NCBI GenBank assembly: GCA_964411255.1
Contig: CAYPKD010000002.1
Span: forward strand, 34,100-98,099
Direction: 5' to 3'
Source: an uncultured Gammaproteobacteria bacterium
GTDB taxonomy: Bacteria; Patescibacteriota; Patescibacteriia; UBA11705; DATKZF01
DNA length: 64,000 nt
In this document: piece by piece, positions 50,387 through 59,807 of the stretch
Layout of the letters: every line of letters starts with the position of its first letter
Numbering within the stretch: the stretch's first letter is position 1
Program-made: the position numbers and the translations under genes
Notes under the pieces: model-generated
Databases searched by the model: none
The model's input: only the letters and a program-made list of their open reading frames with translations
What the model was told of the DNA's origin: nothing

Positions 50387-50893
50387 ATGATCAGTTCAAA
50401 ATATTTACTTCAAAAATCATTCAGCAGCGTCTTGTTATTTTTGTTTGCCAGCTTTTTCCATATGTGCCTTTCCTGGTGGCCAAAATATGTTGATCTGACC
50501 AAGTTTTTTTGCAATATAAATGAAAGCGTGTGGGAGCATATGAAAATGGCCTGGTGGGCAGCAATTGTTGTAGCTTTTATAGAAATGATATTTTTTCACT
50601 GGTCAAAAAACAGGAATTTTATAATGTCAAAGATTTTCAGTTCGATTATTTTAATTACAATAATTCCAATTTTATTTTATTCATACACATATTTTATTGC
50701 CAGTGATTTAGTTATTGATATTATAATTTTAATAATTGCTATTATTATCGCTCAAATTTTTGAATATTTATTAATGACAAAAACTCATTTTTATTGGGCA
50801 GTTTATTATATATCGCTTTTTGCGTTTTTAATGGTTAGTTATTTATTCATGAGTTTTAGTGTTAATGCTCCTGATTTAATTTTATTTAAATAA
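50387..50893 (+). CDS. Membrane protein (DUF6512-like)
   Basis: 'NESVWEHMKM', 'IPILFYSYT'. Confidence 0.65.
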   Translation: MISSKYLLQKSFSSVLLFLFASFFHMCLSWWPKYVDLTKFFCNINESVWEHMKMAWWAAIVVAFIEMIFFHWSKNRNFIMSKIFSSIILITIIPILFYSYTYFIASDLVIDIIILIIAIIIAQIFEYLLMTKTHFYWAVYYISLFAFLMVSYLFMSFSVNAPDLILFK

Positions 50894-51020
50894 ATTACAA
50901 ATTATTACAAATGAAGACTTTTAGCAACAGATTACAAATAATGCGTATTCGTAATTATTTGTAATATATTCTGGAAAAGCTAGTTATTTGTAATTAATTA
51001 GAAAGAAATTTTAAAAAAGT

Positions 51021-51710
51021 ATGCAAACGAAAATTTTTAACATTTTAATGATTGTTTTGATCATAATTTTTATTGTAGGCTTAGGCTTGGGCTATTGGTC
51101 TTTGTCAAAAAAGATTTGTGACATCCAGACTGAAATTAAAAATATGAAGCAGATTGATGAAGTAAAGGTAGATGCTCAGATTGATGTGGCAAAAGAAAAA
51201 AAGGACATTGAACAACAGGATGCTTTGACAGTGGCTGGAAAAGTGATAAAAGCAATTGAAAATAAAAGCCTGGCCAGCTGGTCAACCTATATTCATCCAG
51301 AAAAAGGAGTAAAATTTTCACCGTATTTTTATGTTGAAGATGATGACTTAGTCTTTATGCCTGAAGATTTGAAGAGTTTTACAAATAGCAGAAAAAAATA
51401 CGAATGGGGCGTATTTGACGGCACTGGCTTGCCAATTAATCTGAATTTTAATGATTATTATGACAGATTTATTTATGATGAAGATTTTTCAAATGCAGAA
51501 TCAATCAGTGTGGATAAGTTTATTGGCTCAGGCAATACGATAAATAACATTAAAGAGTATTATCCTGGTGCTACCACAGTTGAATTTCATTTTAGTGGTT
51601 TTGAGCAAGATCTTGGCGGCATGGACTGGAAGAGTTTAGTATTAGTTTTAGAACAATCTAATGGCCAGTGGTATTTAGTTGGAGTGGTGCATGGGGAATG
51701 GACGATTTAG
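51021..51710 (+). CDS. Membrane-anchored exported protein
   Basis: N-terminal TM; 'HPEKGVKFSPY', 'WG..DGTG', 'GMDWKSL.LV'. Confidence 0.7.
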   Translation: MQTKIFNILMIVLIIIFIVGLGLGYWSLSKKICDIQTEIKNMKQIDEVKVDAQIDVAKEKKDIEQQDALTVAGKVIKAIENKSLASWSTYIHPEKGVKFSPYFYVEDDDLVFMPEDLKSFTNSRKKYEWGVFDGTGLPINLNFNDYYDRFIYDEDFSNAESISVDKFIGSGNTINNIKEYYPGATTVEFHFSGFEQDLGGMDWKSLVLVLEQSNGQWYLVGVVHGEWTI

Positions 51711-51796
51711 TCATGGAACACATAACATGGATCAATTGATATAAAACTCGAAGCATGAAATTCGAAACTCGAAAAAAATAATGAAACAATGAAACC

Positions 51797-52873
51797 ATGA
51801 AGCAATTAATAACAAAAATAGCAGTGGCAATGTCTGGCGGCGTTGATTCTAGCGTGGCTGCTTTTTTATTAAAACAAAAAGGATATGATGTGTTTGGCGT
51901 ATTTGCAAAATTTTGGGCAGAAGAAGACGGAGAAAAAATTAGAGAAAATATTTGCTGTTCAAAACAAGCAAGAGATGATGCAAAAAGAGTTTGTGACAAA
52001 CTTAACATTCCTTTTTATACTATAAATCTTGAATCATCGTTTAAAGAAAAAGTGGTTGATAATTTTTTACTTGAATATAATGAAAGCCGGACGCCAAATC
52101 CGTGCGTTCGGTGCAATCAGTTTATAAAGTTTGGTCAGCTTTTAGAAAAAGTTGAAAAACTTGGTGCCACACATTTAGCAACCGGTCATTATGCGCAAGT
52201 TAAACAAACGCGCGGACAGTACAGACTTTTACGCGGACGAGATAATGAAAAAGATCAATCTTATTTTTTATATCGATTAAATCAAGACCAGCTTTCAAAA
52301 GTTTTATTTCCAGTAGGGCATTTAAAAAAGAAAAAGGTGCGAAAAATTGCTCAGAAAAATAATTTACCTGTGGCTTCTAAAAAAGAATCGCAAGAAGTAT
52401 GTTTTGTGCCATCTGGAGATTTACAAGATTTTTTAGCACGCTATTTGGATTTAAAGCCTGGAGAAATAAAAGATGTAGATTTAAAAAAAGTTTTAGGAGA
52501 ACATAAAGGCTTGGCCATGTACACTATTGGTCAGCGCAAAGGAATAGGCTTGGCTGGCGGGCCGTATTTTGTTGTTCAATTGGATAAGGAAAATAATATT
52601 TTATGGGTTACGAAGAACCAGGATCATGAAAAATTAAAAATGGACAAGTTGGTATTAAACAAAATAGATTGGATTGTAGGAACGCAAAATCTTGCGTTCC
52701 CACTAAAGGCCACGGCCAAAATACGGTACGGCAGTCCAGAAACGCCAGTTTTAATTTCAAAAAAAGATAATAAATATTTAATTCAATTTAAAAAACCCCA
52801 ATGGGCAGTAACACCTGGGCAGTCAATTGTGTTTTGGAAAGGAAAAGAAGTGCTGGGTGGTGGTGTGATTTAA
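51797..52873 (+). CDS. mnmA: tRNA 2-thiouridylase MnmA
   Basis: 'AMSGGVDSSVAA', 'TPNPCVRCN', 'ATGHYA', 'KDQSYFL', 'ESQEVCF', 'TPGQ'. Confidence 0.96.
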   Translation: MKQLITKIAVAMSGGVDSSVAAFLLKQKGYDVFGVFAKFWAEEDGEKIRENICCSKQARDDAKRVCDKLNIPFYTINLESSFKEKVVDNFLLEYNESRTPNPCVRCNQFIKFGQLLEKVEKLGATHLATGHYAQVKQTRGQYRLLRGRDNEKDQSYFLYRLNQDQLSKVLFPVGHLKKKKVRKIAQKNNLPVASKKESQEVCFVPSGDLQDFLARYLDLKPGEIKDVDLKKVLGEHKGLAMYTIGQRKGIGLAGGPYFVVQLDKENNILWVTKNQDHEKLKMDKLVLNKIDWIVGTQNLAFPLKATAKIRYGSPETPVLISKKDNKYLIQFKKPQWAVTPGQSIVFWKGKEVLGGGVI

Positions 52874-53457
52874 TGCAGCCGCGCCCGTTTTGTCGTCCTT
52901 CGCCAAGGCTACGGACGACTCCGCTCGAGATGACAAGGCGGACGCGGCTGCAGCTAGCAATGTTGTGTCATTTCGACCTTGTGGAGAAATCTAATAAAAA
53001 GTATGTCAACAGATCACGATTATTATGTATACATTATGTCAAGCCTCCAAAAAGCAATTTATATTGGAGTGACAAATGATTTAGAACGAAGAGTGAGTGA
53101 ACATAAAGCTAAAATTTACGAAGGATTTTCGAAAAGGTATAATTGTACAATTTTGGTTTATTATGAATATTTTACGGATATTAATGAGGCTATTGATAGA
53201 GAGAAACAGATAAAAAAATGGAGAAGAGAAAAGAAAATTTGGCTGATTGAATCAGAAAATCCAAATTGGAAAGATTTGGCATTTGATTATTAGTGCAGCC
53301 GTTTGGAAATTGATTAGATCTCTCGACTTCGTCGTCCTTCGCCAAGGCTATGGACGACTCCGCTCGAGATGACAAGGCGGACGCGGCTGCAACCAAAAGT
53401 CTTGTGTCATTTCGACTGGAGGCCCGCTTTTGGTGGGCCGTAATGGAGAAATCTAAT
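52874..53457. repeat. Composite palindromic direct repeats flanking a GIY-YIG gene
   Basis: 61-bp segments 52892-52952 and 53331-53391 differ at 1 base; both are followed by tgtgtcatttcgac..ggagaaatct. Confidence 0.9.
53003..53293 (+). CDS. GIY-YIG nuclease family protein
   Basis: 'YYVYIM...IYIGVTNDLERRV.EH...AI.REKQIKKWRREKK..LIE..NP.W.DL'. Confidence 0.9.
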   Translation: MSTDHDYYVYIMSSLQKAIYIGVTNDLERRVSEHKAKIYEGFSKRYNCTILVYYEYFTDINEAIDREKQIKKWRREKKIWLIESENPNWKDLAFDY

Positions 53458-53533
53458 TAATGGAAATTCCAATAAAAAGTTGAAAAATAACCAAAAGCTG
53501 TTAAAATAGATTTAATTGATAAAAATTATATAT

Positions 53534-55321
53534 ATGAAAATTACTGCACACGAATTAAGACAAAAATACATAGATTTTTTTAAAGAAAAAAAGCATAAAC
53601 AAATTGCTTCTGCTTCTTTGATTCCGGAAAATGATCCAACAGTTTTATTTACCACAGCTGGCATGCATCCGCTGGTTCCGTTTTTAATGGGTGAACCTCA
53701 TGCTCAGGGCACACGCCTGGTTGATTTTCAAAAATGTATTAGAACTGGTGATATTGATGAAGTGGGTGACGCTTTTCATCATACTTTTTTTGAAATGCTT
53801 GGCAATTGGTCATTAGGTGATTATTTTAAAAAAGAAACAATTGAATGGAGTTTTGAATTTTTAACTGATGAAAAATGGCTTGGTTTGCCAATAGAAAAAT
53901 TGGCTGTTACTTGCTTTGAAGGAGATGATGATGCTCCCAGAGATGAAGAATCTGCAGAGATTTGGAAAAGTATGGGAGTTTCAGAAGATAAAATAATTTT
54001 TATGCCAAAATCAGAAAATTGGTGGGGGCCAGCAGGTGAGACCGGACCTTGCGGACCAGATACTGAAATGTTTTATTATATTGGCCCAGATGAGCCGGGC
54101 AAAGACAGTAATCCTGGCAATGATGAAGAAAATTGGGTGGAAATATGGAATGATGTATTTATGCAATACAATAAAACTTCAGATGGAAATTATGAACCAT
54201 TGGTTCAAAAAAATGTTGATACAGGCATGGGACTTGAGAGGACATTGGCAGTAATGAATGGATTGTCAGATAATTATCGAACAGAATTATTTTGGCCGGT
54301 TATTCAGAAGATTGAGGAATTATCTGGAAAAAGATATGGACAAAGTCAGGAAGTCACTTTAGCAATGCGGGTGATTGCTGATCATATTAAAGCTTCAGTT
54401 ATGATTTTAGGAGATGAACATGCAGTGGCGCCTTCAAACGTAGATCAGGGTTATATTTTGAGAAGATTAATTCGCAGAGCAATCAGGCAGTCAAAGCAAA
54501 TTGGCATTGAAAAAGATTTTACAGTAAAAATAGCTCAGGTTGTTACCAAAATGATGGTTGAAACATATCCAGAAATTAGAGAAAATGAGCTTAGTATTTA
54601 TGATGAATTAAAAAAGGAAGAGGAAAAATTCAGAGAAACTCTTGAAAAAGGTGAGAAGGAATTTAAAAAAATGTCCAAAGATAAAAAAATTGACGGCAAA
54701 GAAGCTTTTATCTTATTTTCAACCTATGGTTTTCCATTTGAAATGACTAAAGAGATGGCTAAAGAGATTGGAGTGGAAATTAATGAACAAGAATTTTTAG
54801 AAGAATTTAAAAAACATCAGAAACTTTCAAAAACCGCTTCAGTTGGTAAATTTAAGGGCGGGCTGGCTGATGCTTCTGAAGAAACAAAACAGCTTCATAC
54901 AGCAGCTCATCTTTTATTAGCAGCTTTGCGAAAGGTTTTAGGCGATCATGTTGAGCAAAAAGGCTCAAATATCACGCCTGAACGATTACGATTTGATTTT
55001 TCTCATACTGAAAAGATGACTGATGATCAGAAAACTGAGGTTGAAAAATTGGTAAATGAAGCAATTGAAAAAGATTATTCTGTTTCATATGAAGAAATGT
55101 CTTTGGATGAGGCAAAAGAATTGGGAGCAATGGGAGTTTTTGAATCAAAGTATGGGGAAAAAGTTAAAGTTTATACAGTTGGAGAGGGTAAAGATATTTT
55201 TTCAAAAGAAATTTGTGGCGGTCCGCATGTTGAGAGAACTGGAGGACTTGGCAAATTTAAAATAAAAAAAGAGCAGTCCAGCTCTGCTGGGGTGAGGAGG
55301 ATTAAGGCGGTTTTGGAATAG
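53534..55321 (+). CDS. alaS: Alanine--tRNA ligase (short form lacking C-Ala)
   Basis: 'DPTVLFTTAGM', 'HHTFFEMLGNWS', 'VDTGMGLER', 'HTAAHLL', 'EICGGPHV', 'AGVRRIKA'. Confidence 0.96.
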   Translation: MKITAHELRQKYIDFFKEKKHKQIASASLIPENDPTVLFTTAGMHPLVPFLMGEPHAQGTRLVDFQKCIRTGDIDEVGDAFHHTFFEMLGNWSLGDYFKKETIEWSFEFLTDEKWLGLPIEKLAVTCFEGDDDAPRDEESAEIWKSMGVSEDKIIFMPKSENWWGPAGETGPCGPDTEMFYYIGPDEPGKDSNPGNDEENWVEIWNDVFMQYNKTSDGNYEPLVQKNVDTGMGLERTLAVMNGLSDNYRTELFWPVIQKIEELSGKRYGQSQEVTLAMRVIADHIKASVMILGDEHAVAPSNVDQGYILRRLIRRAIRQSKQIGIEKDFTVKIAQVVTKMMVETYPEIRENELSIYDELKKEEEKFRETLEKGEKEFKKMSKDKKIDGKEAFILFSTYGFPFEMTKEMAKEIGVEINEQEFLEEFKKHQKLSKTASVGKFKGGLADASEETKQLHTAAHLLLAALRKVLGDHVEQKGSNITPERLRFDFSHTEKMTDDQKTEVEKLVNEAIEKDYSVSYEEMSLDEAKELGAMGVFESKYGEKVKVYTVGEGKDIFSKEICGGPHVERTGGLGKFKIKKEQSSSAGVRRIKAVLE

Positions 55322-55356
55322 TTGGACGCCCTGAGTAAATTCACGAAAGACTAGTA

Positions 55357-55950
55357 AGAGATCCCCAGTCAAGCTGGGGATGACGAACTGGACGGGGCGT
55401 TAGACCACCGACATCGGACGTCATTCCCGACCCCGATCGGGAATCTCAGTAACATTTGTCGGTGTAATAATATGAAAACATTCCACGTTTACATGATGGC
55501 TAGTAGAAAAAACGGCCCAATATATATTGGGCTCACCAGTGATTTAGTTAATAGGGTTTATGAACATAAAACTGAAGTTTATGAGGGATTTACAAAAAAA
55601 TATAACATTAAAAGATTAGTATATATTGAAGAATATGATTATTTTGATGAGGCAGTAAGACGAGAAAAACAATTAAAAAAGTGGAATCGAGCTTGGAAAA
55701 TTGAATTAATAGAGCGAGATAATCCTAATTGGTATGATCTTTATTATGAATTATACTGAAATGCCCTGCATAAGTATATGAAAAACGAATAAGAGATCCA
55801 CAGTCAAGCTGAGGATGACGTTATGGGCAGGACGAAGTCACAACACCGATACTGATCGTCATTCCTGATTTTTATTGAAGTTTATAAATAATTATCAATT
55901 CTCTTTCAGCCGACTTAAGTCGTCATTCCCGACCCCGATCGGGAATCTCA
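55357..55950. repeat. Paired palindromic repeats (gagatcc..ggatgac / gtcattcccgac..cgggaatct) on both sides of a GIY-YIG gene
   Basis: gtcattcccgaccccgatcgggaatctca at 55420 and 55922; gagatcc(c/a)cagtcaagctg(g/a)ggatgac at about 55358 and 55793. Confidence 0.85.
55472..55759 (+). CDS. GIY-YIG nuclease family protein
   Basis: 'HVYMMAS..NG.IYIGLT...REKQLKKWNRAWK..LIE..NP.W.DL'. Confidence 0.9.
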   Translation: MKTFHVYMMASRKNGPIYIGLTSDLVNRVYEHKTEVYEGFTKKYNIKRLVYIEEYDYFDEAVRREKQLKKWNRAWKIELIERDNPNWYDLYYELY

Positions 55951-56052
55951 TTAATAGTTGCCGGCTTAGTCAGATAAGGGTGCTCCGGTACCTTTCTTGA
56001 TTTTTAAAAACATTTCTGATATTATAATTTGATATAGAAAAAGGAGGTCAAA

Positions 56053-56901
56053 GTGGTAGACAAAGAACCTGATAGCTCTTTTCAAAAAAGCGGTTTGCCA
56101 GAAATAGGCATTCCACAAAGGCCAAGAGACGGGCCAATAAATGATGAAGAAATAAATAAAAGATTTAAGATGTGGCTTGATAGTGTACTGCATTATCATA
56201 TCAATCAGTATTTTGATAATTATTTTATAAGCTGGATAAAAGTTCTAATTCAGGTATTGAATAATGAAAAGGTGAAAAAGCTACTGTCATATATTGATGA
56301 TTTATATTTAAGAGCGGGAAAACAGCAGCCTGGTATTATTGTTGGAAATTATTTGGATCACACATTAATTCTTAATCCTTCAAATCTTCAGGCAGAAGAT
56401 GACTTATCAAAGCTGTCTGATTTAATTAAACAGAATCCAATATTAATTTTAGCAATGATGATGGAATTTGATGAATTAATTTTGTATATTCTGACAAATA
56501 ATAATATATCAAGCCATCTCAAAGACTGTTGGCCGCATATATTACTGCGTTTTATTGAAGTGGTACGAGAATTTGAAAATGATAAAGCAGTCACAAACTT
56601 CAAAATTTCAGAAGCATTGATGAGCAGTAAAAAAGTAAATGGCTCATGGCCTGGATTTCTGATTGTTAAAAATGAATCTATGGCCATTTACTACAGATGG
56701 CATAGGGTAGCTGTTCATTTCCACGACCAAAAAGTCATTTTTTCGACCGATACAATTATTGAAGATGAGCTTGAGGCTTTTTCTAAATCAACGCTTGACG
56801 CAGCGCCATATACTTGGTTTTATTTGCCAATGAGCATGGCTGAATTAAAGAGTATGTTGGTTGAAAATAATTCGCAGTCGAATATTTTCAGAATCAAATA
56901 A
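56053..56901 (+). CDS. Hypothetical protein; SD-led monocistronic unit
   Basis: AAAAGGAGGT SD before GTG; TATAAT upstream; hairpin + T tract after the stop. Confidence 0.65.
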   Translation: MVDKEPDSSFQKSGLPEIGIPQRPRDGPINDEEINKRFKMWLDSVLHYHINQYFDNYFISWIKVLIQVLNNEKVKKLLSYIDDLYLRAGKQQPGIIVGNYLDHTLILNPSNLQAEDDLSKLSDLIKQNPILILAMMMEFDELILYILTNNNISSHLKDCWPHILLRFIEVVREFENDKAVTNFKISEALMSSKKVNGSWPGFLIVKNESMAIYYRWHRVAVHFHDQKVIFSTDTIIEDELEAFSKSTLDAAPYTWFYLPMSMAELKSMLVENNSQSNIFRIK

Positions 56902-57060
56902 GGTCTTTCATAAAAATGGAAGGCTTTTTTTATAGAGGGTGATGAGATAAAGAGTCAATTTTGTGTTTTTAAAATATTTTGGTAATATAGATTAACATAG
57001 ATCATGTATCATGGATCACGTATCATTGCTCCATGTTTCATGCTCCATGTTCCATGAATT

Positions 57061-59616
57061 ATGCCCGAAACTCCAATGATAAAACAATATAAGGAGATTA
57101 AGAAAAAGAATGAGGATTCAATCCTGTTTTTTAGATTAGGAGATTTTTATGAAATGTTTGGTCCAGATGCTATTGAGGCATCAAAGATTTTAAATATAAC
57201 TTTAACAGCCAGAAATAAGGGTACTGATAATGAAACACCAATGTGCGGCGTGCCATATCACGCAGTGGACGGCTATTTGTCAAAATTAACCAAAGCTGGG
57301 AAAAAGGTTGCCATTTGCGATCAGACTTCAGATCCAAGCCTGCCAGGAATTGTTAAACGAGAAGTTGTCAGGGTGGTTACACCTGGCACAACGCTGGATG
57401 ATAATATTTTAGACAATAAAGAAAATAATTATTTGGTTGCCTTGGCTTATTTGAAAAAAATATGGGGTATGGCAGTATGCGATTTAACCACTGGAGAATT
57501 TAAGGTTAATGAATTTGATAATTTTGACCTTTTGCAAAATGAATTATTCAGACTGAATCCGTCAGAAGTTATTGTTACACCAAGCTTAAATAATAATTCT
57601 GATTATCAGTCTTTTTTTAATAAATTAAAAAATTTAAACCCTTTTCAAATACCCAATTTTGAAAATCCAAATGAATTTTTGATTAAACATTTTAATGTAA
57701 AAAGTTTGGCCAGTTTTGGCATTGAAAGCCTGGAAACTGGAATTATCGCTGCAGCAAATATTTTAGGATATCTAATCGAAACTCAGAAAACAAATTTAGA
57801 ACACATTACTGGCATTGCTTTGTATAACTTGGCAGATTATATGATTTTAGATGAGGCAACTATTAGAAATTTAGAATTGTACGGTACAGCGCAGGATTTT
57901 GAATATCAAGGCAGTTTATTATCAGTTATTGACCATACAAGTACAGCTATGGGCGGCCGCATGCTTGGCCAGTGGTTACGATATCCTTTATTGGCAAAAG
58001 ATAAAATTGAGCAACGACATCAAGCAGTAGAAGAATTGACTAAAGATATTTCCAAACAGGATAAATTTAGACAAACCTTAAAAAATGTTTCTGACCTTGA
58101 ACGGCTTTTGGGAAGAATTGGCTGCCAGCGGACAAATGCCCGTGATTTAGTTGCTTTGAAAAATAGTTTGCGCCAGGTGCCAAAGTTAAAGCAGATGCTG
58201 GCTGATTCAAAAGCAGAACTGATGCAAAATATTTATGAGAATTTTGATGAACATTTAGATCTGGTATATTTTTTAGAAGAAGCAATAATTGACGATCCGC
58301 CAGCAATAACTACTGAAGGCGGTATGATCAAAGAGGGGTTTAATAAAGAATTAGATGAACTGCGCTCAATTTCAGACAATGCCAAAGATTGGATAAACAA
58401 GATGCAGCAAAAGGAAATTGAAAATACAGGCATTAATACTTTAAAAATTAAATATAACAGAGTGTTTGGTTATTATATTGAAGTTAGTAAAGCAAACCTT
58501 AAATCTGTCCCTGAAAGCTATACGCGAAAACAAACTCTTGTTAATTCTGAAAGATTTATTACGCCTGAATTAAAAGAATATGAAGAAAAAGTTTTAGGTG
58601 CTGAGGAAAAAATAAAGCAATTAGAGCAAGAGCTTTTTGAGCAAGCCAGAGCAAAGGTGATAGAGTTTTTTCCACAAATAAAACAAACAGCAACTTTGAT
58701 AGCCACTTTTGATGCACTATTAAGTTTTGCAGTTCTGGCTGTTAAGGAAAATTATATTCGTCCGAAAATATGTACAAAAAAAGTAATTGATATAAAAGAT
58801 GGCCGTCATCCAGTAATTGAAAAATTCATAGATGAGTCTTTTATTCCAAATGATTCGTATTTAGATCATCAAAATCATGAGTTAATTTTATTAACCGGCC
58901 CGAACATGAGCGGTAAATCAAGCTATCTGCGCCAGGTGGCTTTAATTGTGTTGCTAGCCCAGATGGGAAGCTTTGTTCCTGCAGCTGAAGCAAAAATAGG
59001 TTTAGTTGACCGAATTTTTACCAGAGTCGGCGCCTCAGATAATCTAATACGCGGCCGGTCAACCTTTATGGTTGAAATGGAAGAGGCGGCAAATATTTTA
59101 AATAATGCCACAAAAAAGAGTTTAATTATACTTGACGAACTGGGCAGGGGAACATCCACTTACGATGGCGTGGGGATTGCCTGGGCAATTGTTGAATATA
59201 TTCATAACAATGTAGGAGCATATACATTATTTGCCACTCACTATCATGAATTAATTGAAGTGATTGAAAATTTGAAAAAAGCGCAGAATTATTCTGTGGC
59301 TGTGACCGAGGACAATGGCAAGGTTGTGTTTTTACGAAAAGTATTAAAGGGCGGAGTGAATAAAAGTTATGGAATTGAGGTGGCAAAACTTGCTGGATTG
59401 CCAGATGATATTATTGACCGGGCAAATGAGGTTTTAGATAAACTGGAAAAAGACAGGGAAGTGGATATTATTAAAAATACAGAGCAGGGAGAATTGCGTT
59501 TAGCACCTAAGGTTGAATCTCAAATTGAAAAAGACATTGAAGAACTGGATTTGGAAAATTTAACGCCAATTGAGGCTTTGCAGAAATTAGAGCAATATAA
59601 AAAGAAATTGAAATAA
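57061..59616 (+). CDS. mutS: DNA mismatch repair protein MutS
   Basis: 'FRLGDFYEMF', 'PMCGVPYH', 'TGPNMSGKS', 'STFMVEM', 'DELGRGTST', 'FATHYHEL'. Confidence 0.97.
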   Translation: MPETPMIKQYKEIKKKNEDSILFFRLGDFYEMFGPDAIEASKILNITLTARNKGTDNETPMCGVPYHAVDGYLSKLTKAGKKVAICDQTSDPSLPGIVKREVVRVVTPGTTLDDNILDNKENNYLVALAYLKKIWGMAVCDLTTGEFKVNEFDNFDLLQNELFRLNPSEVIVTPSLNNNSDYQSFFNKLKNLNPFQIPNFENPNEFLIKHFNVKSLASFGIESLETGIIAAANILGYLIETQKTNLEHITGIALYNLADYMILDEATIRNLELYGTAQDFEYQGSLLSVIDHTSTAMGGRMLGQWLRYPLLAKDKIEQRHQAVEELTKDISKQDKFRQTLKNVSDLERLLGRIGCQRTNARDLVALKNSLRQVPKLKQMLADSKAELMQNIYENFDEHLDLVYFLEEAIIDDPPAITTEGGMIKEGFNKELDELRSISDNAKDWINKMQQKEIENTGINTLKIKYNRVFGYYIEVSKANLKSVPESYTRKQTLVNSERFITPELKEYEEKVLGAEEKIKQLEQELFEQARAKVIEFFPQIKQTATLIATFDALLSFAVLAVKENYIRPKICTKKVIDIKDGRHPVIEKFIDESFIPNDSYLDHQNHELILLTGPNMSGKSSYLRQVALIVLLAQMGSFVPAAEAKIGLVDRIFTRVGASDNLIRGRSTFMVEMEEAANILNNATKKSLIILDELGRGTSTYDGVGIAWAIVEYIHNNVGAYTLFATHYHELIEVIENLKKAQNYSVAVTEDNGKVVFLRKVLKGGVNKSYGIEVAKLAGLPDDIIDRANEVLDKLEKDREVDIIKNTEQGELRLAPKVESQIEKDIEELDLENLTPIEALQKLEQYKKKLK

Positions 59617-59619
59617 ATT

Positions 59620-59727
59620 TGGCTGGCGCGGGTCTGGTAACGACGAATTCGAATTCGTCGTTACCAGACCGTAGGGACAGAATAGTATTCTGTCCCTACA
59701 TCCCCGGACGGGGATTGCGCCCTGCCA
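59620..59727. repeat. Perfect 40-bp palindrome plus REP in a multibranch structure
   Basis: ggtctggtaacgacgaattc|gaattcgtcgttaccagacc (59631-59670) directly followed by a REP (59671-59699). Confidence 0.85.
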
Positions 59728-59772
59728 TTTTTACCCAAATTTACACAATTTTTTAATATTAATTACAACCTA

Positions 59773-59801
59773 TTGACAAAGTTAATAATAATTGATATAA
59801 T
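59773..59801 (+). promoter_or_regulatory. Consensus sigma70 promoter
   Basis: TTGACA-N17-TATAAT with extended -10 TG. Confidence 0.85.
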
Positions 59802-59807
59802 GTTTTA

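Noticed and set aside
53534-55321. alaS as a truncated pseudogene
   Set aside because: Catalytic and editing motifs are intact; short AlaRS without C-Ala is known in reduced genomes.
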